Shown in pieces: positions 26,234 through 32,359 of a stretch of DNA of 49,836 bases. Within the stretch, counting starts at the first letter, position 1. Each line of letters begins with the position of its first letter. This DNA comes from Candidatus Anderseniibacteriota bacterium. GTDB lineage: Bacteria; Patescibacteriota; Andersenbacteria; UBA10190. The position numbers and the translations under genes were made by a program. The notes beneath the pieces were generated by a model, which saw only the letters and a list, made by a program, of their open reading frames with translations, was not told where the DNA came from and did no database searches. Location of the stretch: the NCBI GenBank assembly GCA_035288905.1, contig DATDYZ010000063.1, positions 1-49,836 of the forward strand. Reading direction: 5' to 3'.

Positions 26234-26899
26234 TTAATGCAGTGTGCTGCCTACGAGAATGCCGTTTGCAAAGTAAAATCCGGTTTCTCCCGATGGTAAA
26301 ATGTCGTAAGTATATCCATCGTCATACGAAATACGATCGGCAGAAATTACCCGGGAGCCATCATACTCATCTCCTACGGCAAGGTTACCGACTGTGCGCC
26401 CATCTATTGTCGGATGCCCGGGAGAGACTATGAGAATACGTCCGTCTTCTACCATGAACTTTACCATTTTATGATCTGATGGCACCGCTACCTTGCTGAC
26501 CTGAGAGATTTTTTCTACAACGCGCGTGCCGGAGGAAGTGACGGTCCAGATGGGCGCGCCTTTTTGCAAATCTTCTACTGCTACGGCACCTTGTGGCGTA
26601 TCAATTAACGTGTGTTTCGCAAGGCAAATGGGGCAGTTTTGAACATACCCTTTGGGCTGGCAGAAATACTTTGGAGGAGTGTCATCGGGGTATTGCAAGA
26701 CTGGTGGGCCGCACGTTTGCATACATGCAAAATTTGAAGGACAGTCGGTATCTTTCGTACATACAGATGCTTCCGGCGATGGCGGGATATTTTCTATTTC
26801 TTCTGTAAACATCCGATCTTCTGCTTTTACAAGTATCCATACTATACCTATAGCAACAATGATTACTGCAATACTCATGAGCGGTAGAATACTTTTCAT
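26234..26899 (-). CDS. Membrane-anchored Cys-rich protein with a C-terminal Hint (bacterial intein-like) domain
   Basis: TM anchor, then C-rich linker ...NCPIC|LAKHTLIDTPQGAVAVEDLQKG...VSPGHPT...YDIL...FYFANGILVGSTLH. TATAAT lies 8 nt upstream of the ATG. Confidence 0.8.
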   Translation of the reverse strand: MKSILPLMSIAVIIVAIGIVWILVKAEDRMFTEEIENIPPSPEASVCTKDTDCPSNFACMQTCGPPVLQYPDDTPPKYFCQPKGYVQNCPICLAKHTLIDTPQGAVAVEDLQKGAPIWTVTSSGTRVVEKISQVSKVAVPSDHKMVKFMVEDGRILIVSPGHPTIDGRTVGNLAVGDEYDGSRVISADRISYDDGYTYDILPSGETGFYFANGILVGSTLH

Positions 26900-27009
26900 T
26901 GCTCTCTATTATACACGAGCTCAGTAACCGTCGTTCTCTTATTGCAAAACAAGCCGTTTTCCGTACTATAGAGATAGCCATGAACCTTTAAGTGGTACAT
27001 GAGCAATAA

Positions 27010-27049
27010 TCCCTGGTAGCTCTCCGCCAGCTGGCGGAGGTAGAGCAGT
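27010..27049 (+). repeat. Truncated tRNA-Asn 5' copy 1 with a 16-nt palindrome in the D-loop
   Basis: TCCCTGGTAGCTC[TCCGCCAGCTGGCGGA]GGTAGAGCAGT, versus TCCCTGGTAGCTCAGTGGTAGAGCAGT in the tRNA. Confidence 0.85.
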
Positions 27050-27063
27050 TTCTTTTAAAATCG

Positions 27064-27324
27064 ATGCGTATGCAACATTACGTTTATGCGATCTATAACC
27101 CAGATCATTTGAAGGTTTACATAGGAGAAACTAATGATCCAGAAGAAAGGTTAAAGGCTCACAATGAACACCGATTTACAACAAGTTATACCGCTCGTTT
27201 TAGCGGTTTGTGGAAACTTATTTATATCGAAAAATGTTCAGACCGTCGAGAAGCTCGCAAAAGAGAAAAGCAACTCAAAAGTTATCAAGGTCGACAATTT
27301 ATTAAAAAACACATTCCCTGGTAG
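27064..27324 (+). CDS. GIY-YIG nuclease family protein (YhbQ/UPF0213-like, 86 aa)
   Basis: YVYAIYN...KVYIGETNDPEERLKAHN...REKQLK. The last five codons lie in tRNA-like copy 2. Confidence 0.85.
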   Translation: MRMQHYVYAIYNPDHLKVYIGETNDPEERLKAHNEHRFTTSYTARFSGLWKLIYIEKCSDRREARKREKQLKSYQGRQFIKKHIPW

Positions 27325-27369
27325 CTCTCCGTACTCCGCCAGTTGGCGGATGACGGAGGTAGAGCAAGT
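27315..27369 (+). repeat. Truncated tRNA-Asn 5' copy 2 with a 30-nt nested palindrome in the D-loop
   Basis: TCCCTGGTAGCTC[TCCGTACTCCGCCAGTTGGCGGATGACGGA]GGTAGAGCAAGT. Confidence 0.85.
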
Positions 27370-27393
27370 AATATTAGAAAGTAGACAACATAT

Positions 27394-27468
27394 TCCCTGG
27401 TAGCTCAGTGGTAGAGCAGTGCCCTGTTAAGGCAATGGTCGTAGGTTCGAATCCTACCCGGGGAGCCA
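27394..27468 (+). tRNA. tRNA-Asn (anticodon GTT), CCA encoded
   Basis: Hand-folded: acceptor TCCCTGG/CCGGGGA, D arm GCTC/GAGC, anticodon loop CTGTTAA, T arm GTAGG-TTCGAAT-CCTAC, discriminator G, CCA. Confidence 0.92.
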
Positions 27469-27486
27469 TGAAGCAGAGATTTGATA

Positions 27487-27514
27487 AAGACTCGCCAAAA
27501 GCGAGTCTTTCTTG
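27487..27514 (+). terminator. Terminator after the tRNA
   Basis: AGACTCGC-CAAAA-GCGAGTCT followed by TTCTT. Confidence 0.6.
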
Positions 27515-27564
27515 TGGCATGCTTGCCACATCAAATCACGCTTCATGGCGAACCCTGTAGTCAC

Positions 27565-27593
27565 GCGAAGCGTCTACTACTGTGGTCTGGTGT
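27565..27593 (+). repeat. Direct repeat A: GCGAAGCGTCTACTACTGTGGTCTGGTGT
   Basis: Matches 32252..32279 with 1 mismatch and 1 indel. Its 3' 20 nt (27574-27593) is identical to 29369-29388, and the match extends 2 nt further, to 27595/29390. Confidence 0.85.
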
Positions 27594-27623
27594 TTCTTTG
27601 AGGATATATCATATACTCAAACT

Positions 27624-28271
27624 ATGATAAAAGACTCCGCGAAAACGATACTCTGTTACGGTGACTCGAATACCTGGGGAAGTGTGCCAAGAAGCAGTGA
27701 ACGATATCCCTACAGTATTCGATGGACTAGCATACTGCAATATATGCTCGGCGATGAGTATGAGGTGATTGTTAATGGAGTATGCGGAAGAACCCTTGTT
27801 GCCAGTAATCCTGAGAAGCCTTGGCTCTGTGGGATTACACACCTACAAGCCATTCTTGAAAGCGCAAAACCAGTATCTCTTATCATAATTATGCTTGGTA
27901 CGAATGATGTAAAAAGTACGTATAGCCTAAGCGCTGAAGATATTCAAAAGCACTTAGAACAAACAGTGCTTCTAATTCAGGAAAATCAAATAAATCTTGA
28001 AGCGATCCCTAAGGTTCTCGTCGTCTGCCCCGCACCCGTTATCACTCCTGCAATAAACGATTTAGACGAACAAATGGTGCGAGGATTAGATATATTCCCC
28101 CAACTTCCAAAGGCATATAAAGAAACTGCGGATAGGTATGGCTGTGAATTTTTGAATGCTGGTGACTCTATTCAATCAAGCAGCATAGATGGATATCACC
28201 TTAATGCCGAAGCACATGAAAAACTTGCAGAAATAATCAGTACTGCTATTAAAAAACTTCCTCTTACCTGA
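27624..28271 (+). CDS. SGNH/GDSL hydrolase family protein
   Basis: ILCYGDSNTWG (block I), MLGTNDV (block III), DGYH (block V). TATACT lies 6 nt upstream of the ATG. The ORF-track GTG at 27582 lies inside repeat A. Confidence 0.9.
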   Translation: MIKDSAKTILCYGDSNTWGSVPRSSERYPYSIRWTSILQYMLGDEYEVIVNGVCGRTLVASNPEKPWLCGITHLQAILESAKPVSLIIIMLGTNDVKSTYSLSAEDIQKHLEQTVLLIQENQINLEAIPKVLVVCPAPVITPAINDLDEQMVRGLDIFPQLPKAYKETADRYGCEFLNAGDSIQSSSIDGYHLNAEAHEKLAEIISTAIKKLPLT

Positions 28272-28272
28272 T

Positions 28273-28554
28273 ATGCAGAACAAAAAGCTTGAAACTGTGG
28301 TACTGCGCAACCGCGTTTATGAACATTATCGCGGCAATCGATATCTCGTTGTTGATATTGCAAAAGATGCTGACAAAGATGGGGATGAGTTTCTCGTCAT
28401 GTATAGAGCACTCTATGATCACGGACAGCTGTATGCGACAACGCTTGAACGGTTTACAGGAGTAAATAACGAGGGCCAACCGCGATTTCGTTTACTTACA
28501 ATCGAAGAAGAAAACAGAAACCCAACACACACGTATCCAACAATTACAATGTAA
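28273..28554 (+). CDS. DUF1653 domain protein
   Basis: VYEHYRGNRYLVVDIAKD....LVMYRALYDHGQLYATTLERF. Confidence 0.8.
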   Translation: MQNKKLETVVLRNRVYEHYRGNRYLVVDIAKDADKDGDEFLVMYRALYDHGQLYATTLERFTGVNNEGQPRFRLLTIEEENRNPTHTYPTITM

Positions 28555-28595
28555 CAACTTTAGAGCTTGATAGATATAACAGGTGAAGCAAGTTA

Positions 28596-28623
28596 TTGAC
28601 AAAAAACATATAATGCGTATATT
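28596..28623 (+). promoter_or_regulatory. Promoter TTGACA-N16-TATATT
   Basis: Hexamers at 28596-601 and 28618-623. Followed by CTACTGGTCTG (a weak copy of the repeat core) and an AGGGGA RBS. Confidence 0.5.
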
Positions 28624-28686
28624 TACTAGTCCGCTACTGGTCTGATCATTACTTTAAAAACACCGTATCTCTTTTAGGGGACTCTC

Positions 28687-29211
28687 ATGATTCATGCAGA
28701 AGTTGCAGAAGTTTTGGAAGCAAAACGACTTGAACTTGTGCGAGATCTAGCAGAATGGGCACAAGAAGCAGGAATATCTCCCGCTGATTTCAAGCTTGTA
28801 GTGAACGTTTCACTGGAACTTGTACCCCATACAAGCGTTGAAGCAAAACTTAGCTTGACGACGAGTATCAAGGAAGAATTCTTTAGTCGAGGCCGTATCA
28901 TTATATTGCAGAGAAAACTCACGGAGGGAGAACTTGAATGCATAAGAAACATACCCTGGAGTATTCATCACAGAGTAATAGCCGACTTTCTTCTGGAACA
29001 AGGAAACGAAGAAACTTCCAGCAAAACAATTAATCAAAAGTTGGCCGACGCGGGGTACGATGCCGTTGAAGCAGATATCTATTATATCTACACTCGTCTT
29101 AATGCCAAGCTTGTCCGCCATGCACATCATCTTCGGTTTACCTACTCGATGGACGGAAAGGCAAGAGGGGGTCCGTATAGATTCTTTGCAGCATTAGAGA
29201 GCGATAAATAG
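28687..29211 (+). CDS. Hypothetical protein (174 aa); C-terminal half resembles 12371..12946
   Basis: Clean ORF with an RBS. See the paralog note at 12371..12946. Confidence 0.7.
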   Translation: MIHAEVAEVLEAKRLELVRDLAEWAQEAGISPADFKLVVNVSLELVPHTSVEAKLSLTTSIKEEFFSRGRIIILQRKLTEGELECIRNIPWSIHHRVIADFLLEQGNEETSSKTINQKLADAGYDAVEADIYYIYTRLNAKLVRHAHHLRFTYSMDGKARGGPYRFFAALESDK

Positions 29212-29274
29212 TTCACAATCCGCCAGCTCATATTTATGGGTAGGCGGTTTTCTTTTACCTAAAATATTGGAAAC

Positions 29275-29289
29275 AGGTTCTTAGCTGCC
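29275..29289 (+). repeat. 3' motif copy AGGTTCTTAGCTGCC
   Basis: 19 nt after the T-run that follows 28687..29211. Confidence 0.65.
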
Positions 29290-29368
29290 TACCGGCAGGC
29301 AGGCTTCATCCACTACGGGGCGAACTCCTGAAGTATTACCCTGAACCGTGCTTGCTCTGGTTCGGGGG

Positions 29369-29390
29369 CTACTACTGTGGTCTGGTGTTT
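29369..29390 (+). repeat. Direct repeat B: CTACTACTGTGGTCTGGTGTTT
   Basis: Identical core to repeat A. Preceded by the hairpin CCCTGAACC...GGTTCGGGG. Confidence 0.8.
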
Positions 29391-29458
29391 GTGTGTAGAT
29401 AGGCTACATTAAAAGGTGGTTTAAACAGATTGCTATTTTAAAAAACAAGGGAAAAGTT

Positions 29459-30100
29459 ATGAAAACAGCCATACTGACTGGCTTCGAGAAGTTTGGAAGC
29501 TACGCAGTCAATCCCACAAAAACACTTACTCAAGACTTGAATGGAAGGATATTGGCCGAGCATAGAATCCATTCGATGGTCTTTTCCGCGGCACCAAGTC
29601 AACTCAAGGATTGCGGAAAGGAGATTGTTGAACAATTATTATCGGTACATGCTTCCGTTATTATTTCTTTTGGAATGGCATCTGAAGCGAAAGGCGTGCG
29701 GGTTGAAATGCGATGCGTGAATTGGGTAGAAAACGACAGGTACTGTATGCCTTTTGAAAATCGTACGCCAATTTTCAGCGATATACCTATTCATGACGTG
29801 AGGTGTGTTCCTCTTGAACAATGGGATCTGAAAGCGGCGTCTTTTCGCCTGTCGGCTATGGGCATGAGTTTTGAAACTTCGCAAGATGCAGGAAGGTTTT
29901 GCTGCAACGCGCTGATGTTCAGAGTATTACGGGCACTTGAGGAAAAGTCTCAAACGATTCCGTTTCTGTTTGTCCATATCCCGTGCACGGAAGAAGCTAT
30001 TGCAACAATTTCTGACTTTGATCGTGCTCAGAAAACATTAATTCAGCAAAGCGATCTTCCCGCGGTAGTTGAAAGTCTCCTGAAGTCGTATCATCAATAA
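29459..30100 (+). CDS. pcp: Pyroglutamyl-peptidase I (peptidase C15)
   Basis: MKTAILTGFEKFGSYAVNPT, DAGRFCCNALMF (catalytic Cys), FVHIP (His). Confidence 0.9.
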   Translation: MKTAILTGFEKFGSYAVNPTKTLTQDLNGRILAEHRIHSMVFSAAPSQLKDCGKEIVEQLLSVHASVIISFGMASEAKGVRVEMRCVNWVENDRYCMPFENRTPIFSDIPIHDVRCVPLEQWDLKAASFRLSAMGMSFETSQDAGRFCCNALMFRVLRALEEKSQTIPFLFVHIPCTEEAIATISDFDRAQKTLIQQSDLPAVVESLLKSYHQ

Positions 30101-30187
30101 AAAAGATAGCAGTTGCGTTCACATCCCGCATAGTAGGGTGTTTTTATTTTGCATAGCCATGTGCTCACCTTACCTACTGCGGGAGAT

Positions 30188-30206
30188 AAAACGTTTCTGG
30201 TGTTTG
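30188..30206 (+). repeat. 5'-proximal motif AAAACGTTTCTGGTGTTTG
   Basis: 21 nt upstream of the NUDIX ATG. Near-identical to the suhB upstream copy. Confidence 0.7.
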
Positions 30207-30226
30207 TTTTATGCTATGATTTTTAT

Positions 30227-30628
30227 ATGAAATTCATCGACAAGGTAGCATGGATACAAATTGAAAATGGAAAAATTCTCTTGGCTCGCTCTAGGGGAAA
30301 AGATGTTTGGTATATACCAGGGGGAAAAAGGGAAGCCAGAGAATCTGACAAAGAAACACTCATGCGAGAAGTCAAAGAAGAACTTACCGTTGATCTCATT
30401 CCTGAAACTATTGCGTACTTGCACACATTCAAGGCGCAGGCTCATGGAAAACCCGAAGGCGTATTTGTCCAAATGACTTGCTATACCGCCGACTATATTG
30501 GAGAGCTTGTTCCAGCCGCAGAAATTGAAGAAATGGGATGGTTTGCTTCAGATGTAGATCCTGCGTTGCTTTCGCCGGTAGATAAAATTATCTTTGCATA
30601 CTTAAAGGAACGCGAACTGATTAACTAG
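30227..30628 (+). CDS. NUDIX hydrolase
   Basis: Nudix box GGKREARESDKETLMREVKEELTV. TATGAT lies 6 nt upstream of the ATG at 30227. Confidence 0.9.
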   Translation: MKFIDKVAWIQIENGKILLARSRGKDVWYIPGGKREARESDKETLMREVKEELTVDLIPETIAYLHTFKAQAHGKPEGVFVQMTCYTADYIGELVPAAEIEEMGWFASDVDPALLSPVDKIIFAYLKERELIN

Positions 30629-30634
30629 CTAAAT

Positions 30635-30653
30635 AGGTTCTTATTTCATCCAC
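30635..30653 (+). repeat. 3' motif copy AGGTTCTTATTTCATCCAC, 6 nt after the NUDIX stop
   Basis: Read directly from the sequence. Confidence 0.7.
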
Positions 30654-30681
30654 CGCCGGGAGCAACACGAGGATTTTAAAT

Positions 30682-30716
30682 GGGAAAAAATAAAAAAACC
30701 AGCTTTTGGCTGGTTG
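30682..30716 (-). terminator. Terminator of the GNAT gene
   Basis: Minus strand reads AACCAGC-CAAAA-GCTGGTT followed by TTTTTTATTTTTT. Confidence 0.7.
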
Positions 30717-30746
30717 GGTTGTTGAGGTTTGATGTATGGCTTTGTC

Positions 30747-31265
30747 TTAATCCAGTGCACCTTCTCCAAGCTCGTAGCGCATTGTTGAGCGGGAGAATTC
30801 GGTGAGTGCGTCAGTGATGCGATACGTTACCCATCCTCCGACGACTGGCACATCCAGACTGTCGTAGAATTGTCGAGCTTTTTCGTTCTCGACAGGAGCT
30901 TCCCATTGGATGCGAGAGCATCGAAGTTTTTTGCCAGCGCAACAGACAGTGTGTAGTAGGCTTCTACCGACGCCTGTGTTTCTGAATCCTTCGCGGACGA
31001 AAATGTCTTCGAGGTGAAGACCTGGCTCGCCACGAAAAGTGGAGAGTGTTTTGTAGTACACGATGTACCCGACTGGCGCATTGCTCTCGGTCATTTCAGC
31101 GATTAGGCAGTGAGCGATCGGTTTTTCGAACAGATGTTCGATGAGCTGTTCTGGTTTGACCAGGAAGGTCATCTCGAGACCGAGGAAGTGAGCGAGTTCC
31201 CCGATCATAGTCTGAATGACAGGGATGTCGGTTGTCGTTGCTTTGCGAATGCGGAACGTGGGCAT
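30747..31265 (-). CDS. GNAT family N-acetyltransferase
   Basis: ...LEDIFVREGFRNTGVGRSLL... (motif A Q/RxxGxG/A). G+C-richer by eye. Confidence 0.88.
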   Translation of the reverse strand: MPTFRIRKATTTDIPVIQTMIGELAHFLGLEMTFLVKPEQLIEHLFEKPIAHCLIAEMTESNAPVGYIVYYKTLSTFRGEPGLHLEDIFVREGFRNTGVGRSLLHTVCCAGKKLRCSRIQWEAPVENEKARQFYDSLDVPVVGGWVTYRITDALTEFSRSTMRYELGEGALD

Positions 31266-31409
31266 GGAAGTCTTTCTTTTATTGAGAGAGAACAGGTAGT
31301 ACGGAACCCATATTTGTACATGATTACATTGCTTTTGTCCATTCGGAGCCCCGTAAAATCGCTAGTACACACGAGCGACTATTGAATACAAAGGTGATAC
31401 AATAAACGC

Positions 31410-32165
31410 ATGTCATGGCGCAGTCGCATTCTTTCTGGCTTCCTTCTTTTACTGATCATTGGCGGCATTGTATTTTGGAAATTCCAAGCGTCGAACCGGG
31501 AATTGGGTTTAGCGTCGGGTAAAGCAATAAATTCTGACGAACCGCCACTGCTCCTCAAGGGAATTGGCGTTACGTTAGCGGAGTATGATCCAGTCACGAA
31601 CAAGGCCGGCGATTTTGTTTTTACGAAACAGAAGCTCCAGTTTGATCGCATTTGGATGGACTATGGATTTAGAATTCCAGCTAGTAGTGCTGGTGCGGCT
31701 AAACACAACCCACAACCAACCTTTATTTTACCGCTCGGCACGCAGGTTCGCTCGTTGGTTGACGGCATCGTCGTCGATATTCCAAAACTCTACAGCGGTG
31801 ATTACTCGGTGATGGTTGCTCCAGACATGAAAAGCTCTTGGCGGTATGAAACCGAGCATGTCATTAACCCAATTGTAAAGATTGGTGATCGAGTGGTGGC
31901 TGGTCAAGTTGTCGCGCAGGTCAGTGATTATGATTCGCGCAACACGCCCGGTTTCGGATTGGTTGAAATTGGCATTCTTAAAGGCGGTAATCCTCCTCAA
32001 CATCTCTGCCCGTTCCAATACCTCGATCCATCCATGAAAAACGATATCCAAAGAGAAATGCGAGCATTTTATCAAGCATGGGAAAAGTACCGCGGTCAGT
32101 CTGACCTTTATAACGAAGCAGTTGAGCCGGTAGGATGCTTAACAACAGAATTAATTGACGGTTAA
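31410..32165 (+). CDS. Secreted/anchored M23/LytM-like family protein, member 4
   Basis: Signal-anchor. VRSLVDGIVVDI...YETEHVINPIVKIGDRVVAGQVVAQV...CPFQYLDPSMK. TACAAT lies 6 nt upstream of the ATG. Confidence 0.8.
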   Translation: MSWRSRILSGFLLLLIIGGIVFWKFQASNRELGLASGKAINSDEPPLLLKGIGVTLAEYDPVTNKAGDFVFTKQKLQFDRIWMDYGFRIPASSAGAAKHNPQPTFILPLGTQVRSLVDGIVVDIPKLYSGDYSVMVAPDMKSSWRYETEHVINPIVKIGDRVVAGQVVAQVSDYDSRNTPGFGLVEIGILKGGNPPQHLCPFQYLDPSMKNDIQREMRAFYQAWEKYRGQSDLYNEAVEPVGCLTTELIDG

Positions 32166-32251
32166 GGCACTTGATTCTCGTTCGTGTGGGTACAGATATA
32201 ATTTTTAAAACCAATTCTTTCCGGATTCCCGTCTCACCCATGAAGCGTGTT

Positions 32252-32279
32252 GCGAAGCGTCTACTACTGTTGCTGGTGT
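32252..32279 (+). repeat. Direct repeat C: GCGAAGCGTCTACTACTGTTGCTGGTGT
   Basis: See repeat A. Preceded by CCATGAAGCG, which also spans the tRNA 3' end (27466-27474). Confidence 0.85.
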
Positions 32280-32359
32280 AAACTATTCCCTTGAATAACT
32301 ATCTGTAATACTGAATACTTTTATATATATGAAATGAGGGATGGGTATATACTTAGATT

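Noticed and set aside
27164-27403. 79-aa ORF overlapping the GIY-YIG gene and ending ...QHIPW*
   Set aside because: It is in an alternative frame of the GIY-YIG gene. Its HIPW* ending exists only because it reads into the ATTCCCTGGTAG start of the real tRNA. It is useful as evidence for the duplication, but it is not a gene.
32221-32240. TTCCGGATTCCCGTCTCACCCA as a remnant tRNA 3' end marking an att site
   Set aside because: The T-stem cannot be paired and the T-loop consensus is broken. The resemblance is too weak to call.
20151-32279. Interpretation of the intergenic motifs as classical integron attC sites
   Set aside because: The conserved cores do not fit R''/R' (RYYYAAC / GTTRRRY). The genes are in mixed orientation, and no intI or attI is visible. 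I therefore reported only a generic cassette-like organisation.
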